A stretch of DNA of 63,360 nt, counting the filler, from Callorhinchus milii (taxonomy: Eukaryota): NCBI RefSeq assembly GCF_018977255.1. It is 2 parts of 2 records of this genome, joined end to end, with 100 filler letters (N's around TTAATTAATTAA, not from the genome) between each part and the next. Parts side by side here need not be neighbours in the genome. Positions count along the whole stretch, not along the records: positions 1 to 31,656 come from NW_024705611.1; 1 more part is not named here. One strand, written 5' to 3'. The notes under the pieces are model-generated. The model was not told where the DNA came from and made no database searches. It saw only the letters and a program-made list of their open reading frames with translations. Below, one piece after another: positions 1 to 12,516 of this stretch. Within the stretch, counting starts at the first letter, position 1. Each line of letters opens with the position of its first letter. Position numbers and translations under genes: made by a program.

Positions 1-117
1 ATAACAATAATCCTTGCATTTGATAAAGCTCCCCATCACATCATTGAGACGCCTCAAAGCGCTTCCAGAATATACTGTAAAGAATATACTGCAAATTGTG
101 GGCGAAACACAGTAGTC
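1..117 (-). mobile_element. 3' part of tRNA-derived SINE (continues at 2559-2670 beyond the LINE)
   Basis: Reverse complement matches the tail of full copies at 8776 and 16596 (GCGCTTTGAG...ATCAAATGCAAGGATTATT); 2561-2670 supplies the adjacent middle part. Confidence 0.8.
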
Positions 118-2558
118 CTTTCCACCCTCCTTTCTCTCACTCAAAATCCTCCTCCTCTACCGGCCCCTGAAAACCTCTCCCACCTTCATCTCGATATTTC
201 TACCTACTAACATCTCTCTGCTCTGCTCTGATCGCCTCATCATCCTGGGTGACTTCAACCTGCACTTCACCACCTCTTGCTCCATCTCCTCGGACTTCTC
301 CTCCCTGCTCTCTTCATCAACCTCTCCCTCCAATCAACTCCGCCACTCAGTCATGGCCACCCACTCGATTTGGTTTACCGGGGCCTCAGTGTCTCGGATG
401 TCACATTACCGATAAGGCCGTCTCTGATCACCACTTCATCTCTTCACCACCTCCAACCCCCCCACCTCCACCAGACCCACCACCATCTTCTACCGCCTGG
501 AAGAAGTTACCCCACAATCGTAACTAACCCGCTGCCGTGGAGTCTCTGAACTCCTCTCCCTCTGGCCTTCATCCCTTACTGACCCTCTTCTGCTCTCACC
601 TCCTCAACACCCTCTCCTCCACACTTGACACTCTTGCCCCATCACCTCCCGTACTGTCTCTTCCTTCGCTCTCCCTGGTTCACCACCCACCTCCGCTCAC
701 TGAAGAGCCAGGTGCGGGCCGCTGAACGCACGTGCCTCAAATCTGGCCTAACGGTCCACCGACAAATCTGGCTGGACCTCCTCAAAACCTACGTCGCTCC
801 ACTCTAGCCTCGGCCAAGTCGTCCTTCTACTCCAGGATAATCCTGGAGGCGAAGGACAACCCCAGGCTTCTGTTCTCCACCACATCCCAAATCCTGTGTC
901 CCCCCGCCACCCGCGCAGGTCATCTCCTCCAACCTTCACTGCGAGGGGATGTGGATTTCCTTGAATCCAAATCAGGGAATCCGCTCCGCGGTCACTCCCC
1001 TCCAACTTCACCCATCCCACACCCTTCCCTCCCACACTCTGACATCTACCCATCCTCACCTACACACCTTCGAACCCGTTTCCCCACCCTCTTCAATAAC
1101 CTCATCCTGAACCTGAAAACCACCACCTGCTCCCTGGACCCATCCCCATTCCACTCCTTATCTCCCAGCTCCACCTCCTTGCCCCACTTCTCACAGACAT
1201 CATCAACCTGTTCATGTGCTGACCATAGCACAGAAACTGCCCTGGTCAAGGTCACCAATGACATCTTGACCATCTGCGACCAGGGCTCCCTCTGCCTCCT
1301 CGACCTAGCGGCCACATTCGATACGGTCGACCACGCTATCCTCCTCTACCGCTTGTCCTCCCACCTCAACCTTCAAGGCCCTGTCCTTGAGTGGTTTAGG
1401 TCCTACCTCTCCCACCGTCTTCATTTTGTTTCCACAAACGGCTTTTCCTCCAGCCCCCGCACTGTCTCGTGCGGTGTCCCTCAGGGCTCTGTCCTCGGTC
1501 CCCTCCTCTTCACCCTCTATATGCTCCCCCTTGGTGACATCATCCGCAGACATGGGGTTAACTTCCACATGTATGCGATGACACCCAACTCTACCTTTCC
1601 TCCTCTACCCTCAACTCCACGACCACCGATGTCCTGACAGCTGCCTGTCCGACATCGAGTCCTGGACGAGAGACAACTTTCTTCAGCTCAACGTGCGCAA
1701 AACTGAGGCCCTCCTGATTGGCTCACGTCAGCGCCTCCGCACCTCAGGCGCTGACAGCATCAGCATCCAAGGCTGCACTCTCCACCTCTCAAAGCCGTCA
1801 GGAACCTCGGTGTTCTGTTCGACCCTGAGCTGTCCTTTCTTCCTCATATCCGCACCACAACTGGCACCGCCTTCCATCACCTCCGGAATATCGCCAGACT
1901 ATGGCACTACCTCACCCCTCACGCTGCTGAAACTCTGGTCCACGCCTTTATCACCTCAAGGCTGGACTATGGGAACTCTCTCCTCGCCGGCCTTCCCGGC
2001 ACCTCCCTCCACAAGCTGCAGGTCATTCAGAACTCTGCAGCTCGTGTACTGTCCCGCACCAGGCTTCGGGACCACATCACTCCCACCCTCGCTCGCCTCC
2101 ACTGGCTCCCCATCCCCCAGAGGATCGAATTCAAGATCCTCATCCTCACCTACAAGGCCATTCACGGCCTTGCTCCCCTCCTACCTCTCCGACCTACCTA
2201 TCCCCTACTTACCTGCCCGTACCCTCCGTTCCTCTGGCTCCGGGTCTGCTCCACATCCCCCGCCCAACCGCCCTACCATCGATGGCCGGGCCTTCAGCCT
2301 CTTAGCCCCCAGGCTCTGGAACTCCATCCCCCAGTGCCTTCGCCGCCTCCTCCCTTTCCTCCTTCAAGGCCGGTCTCAAGACCTTTCTCTTCGACCGTGC
2401 CTTCAGCTCCCCCTCGACTCTCTACCCCCTCCTCGCTCCCTCCCTCCCCTCACCCTGACCATTTCCCCCTGCTCGGGTCCCGACCCAACTGTCCAGCGCC
2501 TTGGGACGTCCTCCCGACGTGAAAGGCGCTATATAAATGAAATCTTGTTGTTGTTGTT
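118..2558 (+). mobile_element. L2-clade non-LTR retrotransposon (LINE), 5'-truncated and frameshifted, inserted into a SINE
   Basis: Fragmented ORF2: endonuclease-like LIILGDFNLH and GHPLDLV; RT motifs [49 protein letters not shown](DD); C-terminal RAFSLLAPRLWNSIP; (TTG)n tail. Candidate TSD GTAGTC at 112-117 and 2559-2564. Confidence 0.93.
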
Positions 2559-3544
2559 GTAGTCAATTGCGCACAGCAGTATCCAACAAACGGTTGTGAA
2601 TTGAGTGACCAAATTATTATTTTTTTTGAAGGGGATCGCCAATCGACTGACAATCAGGCTCCTACTTATGTGCCAGGTGGTTATTTAGAGGCTCTGACCA
2701 ATCTGCTAAAAAGATTCCAATAACAAATAACAATCTTTACATTTGAAATCCTTGTGAGGTAAGTCGGAAGCGGCAATGTGAGGTGGAGGAAAAGCAGTCT
2801 CGGTCAGGGACTGAATGTGGAGTAAAAAGTATGACTATTAAAAGAAGTTTACTTCAATCTGTTCCAATACATGGAATTAAGCATTATTCCTTTCAGCACT
2901 TGGGCTTACCAAATCTCATCATTGCTGAGCAGCACCTTATTCTGGTTAACCAATTCAATTGAGTTTCTTTGAAATAATGCATTGACTACCATTCTCTATC
3001 ACACATAATACTGTAGTACGATATGTTTTTGTCTTGGTGATTCCTCACACAACAGGCATTAAGTTGAATCTCCGCCAAAATTGGGGTGTGAGAGAGAAAG
3101 TAAAAACTTAGTGAGTGAACAACCTCAGATACCTGTAGCAGTGACCAGACTGGGATAAGGGAGGGATTATGTTCCCTGTAGATCCTATGAGCTAAAAACA
3201 ATAGTTGAGGGAGATGGCGGGTGGATTAAACATATTGAAACACGTTCAAAACGGAGAAGGAAAAGATGTTAAGTCAGCAAACTTAACAGTTTCATTTTCA
3301 CGTATGATCGGCAATCGCTCCGGCTCTCTGAGATGGGGATATTTTAATTCTTTTTAAAGTCTTGAGTTTGGCGGATTCTTTTTTACAGTGTATTCCGTGA
3401 AGCGCTTTCAGACATCTAAAAGACGTGGAAAGCACTACACCAAATGCAAGGATTATTATTATTATTCTTTGGCCCCAAACAAATCCTTGTATTGAGCACA
3501 GTAAAGCCCTAGATGTGGGCTGACGTCTTAACCCGGGTCTTCGG

Positions 3545-4432
3545 GAGAGGAGAGAGAAAGAAAGGGAGAGGGAGAAAGAAAGCGAAGGGGGGAGAGAGAG
3601 AGAGGGGGGGAAGAGAGAGAGAGAGAAAGAAGATGAGAAGAGGGAGAGAAAGAAAGAGGGAGGGAGAAAGGAGAGAAAGTGTGAGGAGCGATAAGAAGAA
3701 GGGGGAAAAGAAAGGCGAGAGAGAAAGAAAGAGGGAGGGAGAAAGGAAAGTGTGAGGAGCGATAAAGAAGGGGGGAAAGAAAGGAGAGAGAAAGAAAGAG
3801 GGAGAGAGAGCGAAAGAACGAAATAGAAAAAAAGAGGAGAGAGACAAAGAGGAGAAAGGAGAGGCGAAAGAGGAGGGAGAAAGAAGGAGAAGAGAGAGAG
3901 AGAAAGGGGAGAGAAAGGAGAGAGAGAAAGAAGGTGAGAAAAGCAGAGAGGGAGAGAGAGGTGAGAAGAGCAGAGAGGGAGAGAGAGAAGGTGAGAAAAG
4001 CAGAGAGGGAGAAGGTGAGAAAAGCAGAGAGGGAGAGAGAAGGTGAGAAGAGCAGAGAGGGAGAGGGAGAGAAGGTGAGAAGAGCAGAGAGGGAGAGGGA
4101 GAGAAGGTGAGAAGAGCAGAGAGGGAGAGAGAGAAGGTGAGAAGAGCAGAGAGGGAGAGAGAAGGTGAGAAGAGCAGAGAGGGAGAGAGAGAAGGTGAGA
4201 AAAGCAGAGAGGGAGAGGGAGAAGGTGAGAAAAGCAGAGAGGGAGAGAGAGAAGGTGAGAAGAGCAGAGAGGGAGAGAGAGAAGGTGAGAAGAGCAGAGA
4301 GGGAGAGAGAGAAGGTGAGAAGAGCAGAGAGGGAGAGAGAGAAGGTGAGAAAAGCAGAGAGGGAGAGAGAGAAGGTGAGAAGAGCAGAGAGGGAGAGGGA
4401 GAAGGTGAGAAGAGCAGAGAGGGAGAGAGGGA
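3545..4432. repeat. Polypurine (GA-rich) tract with a ~30-bp tandem unit (GAGAAGGTGAGAAGAGCAGAGAGGGAGAGA) in APH1 intron 1
   Basis: Directly visible; near-pure purine + strand, 30-mer unit reiterated from ~3930 to 4430. Confidence 0.95.
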
Positions 4433-5640
4433 GGGCCGGGCCGGGCCGGGCCGGGCTTACCCCGCGATCAACACAATGACTCGGAGCGGATCCTTGGCGA
4501 CGGTGAGGACGAACAGGGCGAGAGCGGGGCCGAAGGCGATGAAAGTGCAGCCGAAGAAGACGGCCACTGTCATGTCGGGTGTCGGCGAGCGCCGCCGAGC
4601 TCACACTGTCACTTCCGTCTGCCCTGCCGCTCCGGCCCGGACATACATGGCTCGGCTCGGCTCGGCTCGACCCGACACCGCGACTACACTGACTAACTGT
4701 GAGAGGGAGGGAGGGAGGGAGGGAAGGCCTGACACGGGCCCCGCGCGCGCGCGGGTGGGGGTGATGGGGGGGGATGGGGTGGGGCAGCGCTCGCGCCAAC
4801 ACCAGGGTTTCAAAATGTCGTCGTCCTCGAGACCCCAAAATAACGGTCGACTCTCAGGGAGGAGGAGGAGGAGGAGGAAGACGGAGGGCTCCCTCGGCCG
4901 GGCCGGGCCAGGGCGGCGGCTTTTATTGCCTCCAAAATGTGTGTTTTTTTTTAAAAACACGAAATCGTGAGAAGAAGATATAAAAGACAAAGGGTCTTGA
5001 GGGAGGGAGGGAGTGAGGGGAGGGAGGGAGTGAGGGGGGAGGGAGTGAGGGGAGGGGAGTGAGGGAGGGCCGGAGGTCGGTCTCCTCATTTAATAATAAT
5101 AATAATAATAATGATTATAATTCTGATCACTATAATCCAGCATTTGACACAGCGCCTCTTCACGCCGTCGAGACCCCCCCCCTTCAGCCCCTCGCGGAAT
5201 ACACCGCAAAGCGTAGTGACTGTGAATTTCGAGGACGAAACGCGGCGGCGCCCGCCCCTCCCCCCCCCACCCCCCCCCCGCAAACGGGCGCGGGTCGAGT
5301 GAGCAAACTACCGAGGCGTTCGCTCGTCGGGGATATGGGCACGAGCTGGGGGTTGGGATGGACGCGGGGTCGAGGGCAGGGAGGGAGCGTGGGGAGGGGG
5401 TGGGGGGTAGGAGGTTTGACCAAAAGTGCGGTCGAAGAGCAAGTCTTAAGCCCTAAGGGAGGGCGGGGAGCGAGGCGAAGGGACCGGGGCGCAGTTCCAA
5501 AGGGTGGGGGCAGAGGGTCTGTCGATGGTGGGGCCGGGCCGGGCGGAGGACATGGGACGGGCCGGAGTCCGCTGAGCAGAGGGAGCGGACGGGTCGATAC
5601 GGGGTAAGAACGCCCACGCAGGTAGGGAGGGGCGCAATGA
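4430..5640. promoter_or_regulatory. CpG island / promoter of aph1
   Basis: GC- and CpG-rich in a CpG-poor background; covers exon 1; ETS-type motif CGGAAGTG on the minus strand at ~4610-4618 and GC boxes. Confidence 0.8.
4461..4573 (-). CDS. aph1: Gamma-secretase subunit APH-1, coding exon 1 (remaining exons lie left of the window)
   Basis: Translates MTVAVFFGCTFIAFGPALALFVLTVAKDPLRVIVLIA(G), matching the APH1 N-terminus/TM1. The exon is 113 coding nt followed by a GTAAG donor at 4460. Paralog (aph1a vs aph1b) not resolvable. Confidence 0.95.
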
Positions 5641-6626
5641 TCAGTTAGCATCATCAAGCCTGGATGTGATGAATGTGGGGATGAGTTGACCCAAACCAGC
5701 CCCAAAAGCAGCCCAATATTCCGGTTTGTCTCCTGTGTGGAGGGTGGCGGGATGGCTGGCTGGGGTAGGGTAGGTTTCATGGTTTTCTGGGGTGGTGGGG
5801 GGGCAGTGACAAAAATAAAGGTTTTGCAGGTTTAAATAAAAAATATTTTAAATCAGGCACCCGCCCAAAGCTGGGTTTTTTTCCACGCATTTTGTTGTTG
5901 TTATTGTGCGTGTGAAAGTATTAGTCACAGAGCCAAAGTTTGGGGAACACAGTCTGTGTTAGGGCATTGATGCTCAGGAAGCCCAGGGTAAGCTGCTAAA
6001 ACCACACAGCTTGCCATTGTGTCCACTGCCTGGCAAGTTTCCTGCTGCTTGTCCAGCGAGGACCACCTTACGTGTTCGGGCTTTGGCTTTCAGAGTTAAC
6101 AGGAGCAGAGTGGGCAGAATCCATGCCCTTCCCTGCAAGTACTGCTGACAAGTTAGGATGTCTGACTGACCTCAGTAGTACCTTAGTATACTGCGGACTC
6201 TGATCTGCCGAGACCACCATAGAGGGTTGACTCAATTCTCACATTCTGTTACCAGACACATCACTTTGGAGCGAGCTCAGTCCCAGTGAGACCCCCACCC
6301 CCCTCCTTAGGTTACCATTACCATTTGGTTCATCATTAGCCCACAGGAATATTTATTTTTGAGTTATATATAGGTTTACTATATATTTCTGACTACTAGT
6401 ATAAACACACATTAAAATGAATGATTCTGGGAACCAACATAATTAATTTCTTAATGACAATGCCTGAGCACAGTGCAACAAAAGTGATGCGTTGTTTTCA
6501 TTAACACATTCCAGTTTTCGTCGTCCTGACATGAAAGGCGTTATACAAATGTAATTTTGTTTTGTTGTTTTCTTTGTAAGGATTTACATTGTAGTTTCTT
6601 CCAGTGTCTACCAATCCACAACAATG

Positions 6627-6644
6627 TCAACAATTACAGGGAGT
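6627..6644 (-). CDS. Candidate terminal exon 8 of the Rab gene (TPCNC-stop)
   Basis: Strong acceptor GCTTTTCTTTCTTTAG; phase 0 gives TPCNC* (CxC prenylation motif); AATAAA at 6357-6352. The exon 7 donor as sequenced is phase 1, which would give NSL* instead. Confidence 0.45.
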   Translation of the reverse strand, partial: TPCNC

Positions 6645-7604
6645 CTAAAGAAAGAAAAGCGAACAGACAGTAATTAAAAAATTGTTCCCAAAAACATTAT
6701 TGCAGCACATTCAAAACTGTAACACTTGTATCTAAATGAGTTCAATGAATGCAGAACTCAGTTTTCCACTATATAAATGCAGTACAGCATTTACATTGGT
6801 AAAGGCACAAACTTGGGTAATCCTGATTTCCTTCAGTATTACAGTATAATAGGGTTAATAATCGAGTCTAAAGCATCATTTAAATAACTCAAGGGTCCAT
6901 AACACATTTCTGTGACCTAACCCATTACATGATTTTCTTGTTTCAAAATGTATTTTGGGCATTTAGAAGGACAGAAATATTTACTAAATTTGCTGGACCC
7001 CCACGATCCCCCTACTCACTCCTTCCACTCCACCAACTCTAGCCTCCTTCATGTCCTTCACTAACCATCCCTCACCCCCTGTCAGTGGGTAAACTTTCAA
7101 GCAATATGCCCCCACTCTTCGAAATTCCTCTGCTTTGTTCTTTCCCTCCCTGCTTTCAAAACCCATCTATTATCCAGTCTCTGACCTCATCTTTGTTCAC
7201 CTACTTCCTATCTGTTTTAATCCTTCTTTGTGAAAAGCACTATATAGGTGCAATTTGTTGTTGTTGGATTCCTGCCTGATAGGAACAGAATTCTGCGTTT
7301 GATTAAAAATGTATATGCTGTTCAGGTGGCCAATGCACTCAAATCATAACCACTCTAGACAGCTACCTTGTTTGCAACAATCCAATAAACAGAAATGAGT
7401 CAGTTATAATCATGAGCAAAATTGTAAAGTTCAATTTATTCTGAATTGTTTCATATTATTCGGGACCAATAATCAAGGAAAAACAAATCTGTTGGGTGCA
7501 ATTAAATAGCCCAGAAAGAGTGGAGAGACTATTTGTATCTGAAAGTAAATAAACACAGAATGTACTTGCTTTACAATGTGCACTGTATTTAAAAATGTAT
7601 TTAC

Positions 7605-7659
7605 TTTTTTCAGTTCTGTCCATTTTTTCCTTAATTTCTCTGGCAAGTGTAAGAAAGGC
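7605..7659 (-). CDS. Rab8/10/13-like exon 7 (3' boundary uncertain)
   Basis: CCTTCACAG acceptor; AFLTLAREIKEKMDRTEK, close to Rab8 AFFTLARDIKAKMD; candidate GTAAAT donor at 7604. Confidence 0.85.
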
Positions 7660-8039
7660 CTGTGAAGGTATAAAGAAGCATGTTAAAAGTACAACTATAA
7701 CCCAATAAGGTAAAAGAAACGCATGATTCCTTATTTTGCATCCTCCACTTATTGCTGGGAATACAATATGTGGAGGATACTATAAATCAAAGAATGAACA
7801 AACTACAAGTTAAGTAATCTTTAGTACAGTTTAAGTATTTATTGATGTTTTTTCTTGAACACAAGGTCTCCGCTTAACAGCAGATTATGGGTTTCAGTAC
7901 CAAGATAGTGGCTCGATAGTAGCTATTAGAGCCACCAAGATAGTAGCCTTCTCTATTCTGGTTGCTTCATTGGCTCAGACATCTCTGGGGTGGCAGAGAA
8001 TGTGAAATGTATCCCAATGTGAAATGTATCTTCTTCCAG

Positions 8040-8280
8040 TTAATCACAATGAAATGCGATTAGAAAACATTTCTTCATACAAAGGGCTGTGAAACCATAC
8101 ATTGCTCCATTCGATCATAGAGGCAGAATTAATAAGGATATTTAAAAGGGAAGAAGATAAATGCTTGGGGAGTAAAATGTATTAAGGTGTATGGTGAAAA
8201 GGAGGGGGAAATGGGGTTAAGAGATCTCCCATGATCTAATCAACTGACAGAACAGGCTTGATGGGATTGAATGCCTTGAA
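8040..8280 (+). mobile_element. Old CR1-type LINE 3' remnant
   Basis: Degenerate RK.FF.QR-like stretch (AGAAAACATTTCTTCATACAAAGG) and a CR1-like 3' UTR. Confidence 0.5.
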
Positions 8281-8775
8281 TGACAATTCCTGCACACACA
8301 CAAAGCAATTCCCTATGCACTGCGCATTTGTGCTATGGACATAGTTGTGCTATGGATATAGTTTGAGACATCGCGAAGATGTGAAAAGTACTATATCAAA
8401 TGCAAGGATTATATTATTACACGCAATGCAAGAGAAGTGACATCAGCAGCAACCTGATGACCCAGAATTCAGCCATTTTTCCCGCTTCGTAAAATGCGGC
8501 CTTTGAATCCCAACTAATCTTAGTCTGGAAGTCTATTCAGATTTAAACTTTAAAGATGCCATAACTCTGGAGCTGTGGAAAGTTCTTTTTCAGAATTGTG
8601 AAAAATTAGCTTCGAAATTAACTGGATTGAAGAATTTTAAGTCAAAAAGACTAGGTGGAATTTTTGATCCACATTTTTTGTAACACACTTTTTGAAAATT
8701 CTAACCAACATATGAATCCAGTGGGAGATTTTAGTCAAGCATACAGAGCATAACATTTTATTATGCTATGTTGTT

Positions 8776-9156
8776 GAATCTTGTAACTCAGTGGTTAGAG
8801 CACTCGCCTCACAAACGAGAGGACCTGGATTCGATTCCTGGATGGGGCAAAACATTGGGCAAGTTTCCTTACTCCACACGCCTCTGTTTACCTCGCAGTA
8901 AATAGGAACCCGGTTGTTAGTCAATTGGAGGATCGCTTTTCCGGGGGAAATAATTCCTCCAAAAATATATTTTAAAAAATAATAATTTGGTCACTCAAAT
9001 CACGACCATTTGTGGGACACTGCTATGTGCAATTGGCTGCTGCATTTCATCCATAAAATATAGTCAATTCAATTTAAGGTATATTCTGTGAAGCGCTTTG
9101 AGGTGTCTCAAAGACGTGATAAGGAGTTTTATCGAATGCAAGGATTATTATTATTA
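8776..9156 (+). mobile_element. Full-length tRNA-derived SINE
   Basis: tRNA-like head with A box (AACTCAGTGGTTAGAGC) and B box (GATTCGATTCC), L2-like 3' tail and (ATT)n; many copies in the left segment. Confidence 0.9.
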
Positions 9157-9460
9157 CATTCAATGTTGATCCAACTGTGTAATGAAATGTCAAACTCTTG
9201 TCATTGTTCAGCACTCTGAGATGCTATTCCGAGTAAAGGACGCCATATAAAAAGTTATTGTCACTAAATTCTTGTTTGGTTGTTGGAATCGAGATTGTAC
9301 TTTGAGAAATAATAATACAGAATCGGTGCCTGTTCATTCTTTCTTCATCATTTAATGCTAAATGAATGAACAATGAATAAAAATAGCATGGTGTTTCACT
9401 GCAAGAATAAATACAGCTATTAATGCATCTGGAAAACTTGCAAAACACAAAGCAACTTAC

Positions 9461-9526
9461 TTTTTCAACATTTAGGCTTGCTTTCGTGCTTGTCTCGAAA
9501 ATCCTCATCCCATGTTTCTTTGCTAG
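9461..9526 (-). CDS. Rab8/10/13-like exon 6 (G5 region)
   Basis: TAG acceptor; LAKKHGMRIFETSTKASLNVEK; 66 nt; GTAAGT donor. Confidence 0.92.
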
Positions 9527-10790
9527 CTATATAATTATAAACAGAAAATATGCATCCTTTAGTCTTATCTCCCTTCCTAATACAGTAGAGAACAGAAAAT
9601 GTCATCTTATAACATTTATATAACAATGTTACAAGATAAAATGTCATCTTTCCATCAAATCTGTTAAATTAAACAGCATGGTGGCACTACATGGATTTCA
9701 TTCTCAGCTGTACTGCTCGCCAAGAGGACTTCCTGGTACCTGATGTACCGTTAAAGGATCTTGTCGGTTGTTCAATGAGTGATAAATGACTGTCCACTTC
9801 AGAGGATCTCTTTGGGGTTCAGTTGACTCCAAGTTGATTCCGCTCTGACAATGAAATTGATCCTCTCGTGGTATTGGTAGACCTATTGCTGATCCAGGCA
9901 AGTGAACAGGCACTGTTGATTACAGGCTAATCCAGGCAGCCTGGTTCATCAGCAGAGCCTGAAGGTGCAGAACAATCTTAGGCAGTAGGAATTTTTAACA
10001 CTCAGCTTCTAGTCACGCAAGCCAAGCCCAAAAGCGTTGGGAGTTCCTAACCCAATGAATAGCAGGAAGTTTGCCAGTCCAGGTTCACAATGGAAAACTG
10101 CAGTTTTAACTGATTAAATTGTAGCAGTATCCCAACGTACACTCTGGAGTCCCAAGCCTCGGCTCTTAATAACCTGTGTCCTGTGTCAATGCATTCCAGA
10201 TGAGCAGAGTGCCTCCCTCTGGGGAATGAGTGTGCACTTCTTTTCCAGACAAAGGGAAATTTCCATGCATATGTGGAAATATCAGTAATTTGGTTTGGAT
10301 AGTCTTGAATGTGGTGCTGGGCTTTTTTCAGATATCAGACACGCAGTTGGCATAGCTGGATCCAACTTGAGAAAATGTTGGCTCTTGACATTTTGCTAGT
10401 TGCATTGGAATACTAAAGTAAGCTTCCAATCAGAAAGCCAACTTTTTACCCTTCATAAAATATAGACTCCCTGGTATCTGTGAGAAGGACATTCATTCCG
10501 GAAATATACTTCTATGAATCAAGAAATTTGGGAAACTCAGAGCAGAAGAGCTCAATAAATAAATTCATTAAAATTCTGAAGTGCTGGGAATGCAGCAGAA
10601 ATTGTGTGACCTTGATTTAGTAATGTTCATGCAAAGTGGTAATCACAGTACTTACATTACAAGTACTGTACTCTATGCTATCCTTTACTGGAATATTATT
10701 GCTACTTGGAATATCTTGTGTGTAGCTACAATCCTTCATTTTGCTTTTAATATTGCCTGCATAAACTTCTGTAAATAATTAAATTCTTAC

Positions 10791-10877
10791 CTCTTCTCCT
10801 TCTGTCTTGGAAACTTGCCGTGCACTTTCACTCTCACAATTATTTCCAAGAATAATTCTTTCTGTTTTTTTCGCCTG
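10791..10877 (-). CDS. Rab8/10/13-like exon 5 (G4 region)
   Basis: TTTTTCAG(CAG) acceptor; QAKKTERIILGNNCESESARQVSKTEGEE aligns to Rab8 ...EKMILGNKCD...RQVSKERGEK; GTAAG donor. Confidence 0.9.
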
Positions 10878-11458
10878 CTGAAAAATATACCCAAAGTAAA
10901 TTGCAGTCTAGATGGATCTGTGATCCAGTCATAAAACTGAGGTCCCGAGATGTTGAAGATCCCATTGCAAGGTTCAAAAAGAAAAGCAAGTTTCTACCAA
11001 TATCCTGGCCAACAATCCTTCAGATAAAATTTGTCATTCATACCATGGCTGTTTCTAGGACTTTGAAGTGCATAAATTGGCTGTTCACCTACAAAATACA
11101 GTTTCACTTTACAGTAACTCCTATGAAACACTCAAATTCAAGGATTATTATAATCATGATTGCAACTTAGAGCTACATTTCTACTTAAAATTGAATTGCA
11201 TTAGGAGGGTATTTGACAACTCAAAGACTGATTATATGTTTTTAGAGTATAATTGTGGTAGTTTCATTGATATAAGACCCATGATATTACTTGTTGATAC
11301 AGATTCTCTTAATTATGTAAACAGCAAACCAATGGAAAGTATTACAACTGATTAGCGATCCACAAGTTAGGCTCCTGTAACCGTTTGCGGTTAACCCAAC
11401 ACATAAAATTAGACCCACTCTTTTTTTCTGAAGTAAGTCATATCTTATCAGGCTTTAC

Positions 11459-11536
11459 CTCAGCAGCATGCTCAATCCACAATGCAAGGTCCTCAAGTGA
11501 TTTCCTGTTGGTAACGTCATACACAAACATAATTCC
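11459..11536 (-). CDS. Rab8/10/13-like exon 4
   Basis: TTTTAAG acceptor; GIMFVYDVTNRKSLEDLALWIEHAAE; 78 nt; GTAAAG donor. Confidence 0.93.
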
Positions 11537-12516
11537 CTTAAAAGAAACATAAAGAGACTGTTAACATATGATAAAATAACATGATAAACTAATAATGCAT
11601 TTGAAAGTAATGTCAAAACCCAAACTAAGCCTCAGAGTCCATCTGTGCTGGAGCCCATCAGTTCTGGAGAATTCTGTACTCTCCATGTCTTAACAATTTT
11701 TAGGGCTTTCAGGACACATATTGTGACATTGAAAATTCCCTAAAAATTACATTAATAGTGAAACTCAGAAATAAGCTTGATTTGAACTTGTACTGTATTG
11801 AACCACTACAATATACGCTTTCATTCCTTTTAAATTATTTAGTTAAAGATGTCATTTCTTATCTTCCTTACCTACAATAAATAAGGTTGTAGGTTCAAGA
11901 CTTTGAGCTCATTGTCTTGGCTGGCACTCCAGTGCAATGCCGGGGAAAATCTGCTTTATCGCAGGTGCATTCCTTGGATGAGTCAAACTGAGGTCTTTCT
12001 GCCTTTTCAGATGGCTGTTCAAGATCCCATGGCAACATTAGGGTTAGGGTTAGGCCAGGCCAACAATCCCCTAGATCAAATTGGTCATGGCTGTGTGCAA
12101 ATTGGCTGTCGCTTTCGCCTACAAAATACAGTCGCTGCACATTCTATAGGAAATCCTGTGAAGTTTAACCCTTATAAGGCACTATATCAAATGCAAGTAT
12201 CATTATTATTAATGAGAGTAAGATATCCAAGCCAACAGCAGATTGTATAGATTGTACAGAACAGTGAAGTTCGGTGGAAGCTCCAGGGAAGTTCCATTCT
12301 CTACAAGATACCCATATGAGTGACATACCCATTTTTTAAACTAATTTAAGGATTGGGAGACCCAGTTTTGTACACCAACACTCAGGTTTCTTCCAAGGAA
12401 TGCTTAACATTGAGCAATATAAACTTAGGAGTTGCAGAATGTTGTTGCAGCACAGAAGTAAGACATTCATTGCTTGAAAAGACTCCAGCTGTGTTCCTTC
12501 ATATGAGCCACCCAAT

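Noticed and set aside
732..2562. Active autonomous LINE ORF2
   Set aside because: It is 5'-truncated, with multiple frameshifts and an internal RT deletion.
3509..5780. ORF-track proteins over the GA repeat and CpG island (e.g. 436 aa, 287 aa)
   Set aside because: These are low-complexity or GC-rich open frames. The real coding sequence is the 113-nt aph1 exon in another frame.
8776..8850. tRNA genes at SINE heads (also 16596, 27600, 31223)
   Set aside because: Each is followed by the SINE body and tail and the cloverleaf is degenerate.
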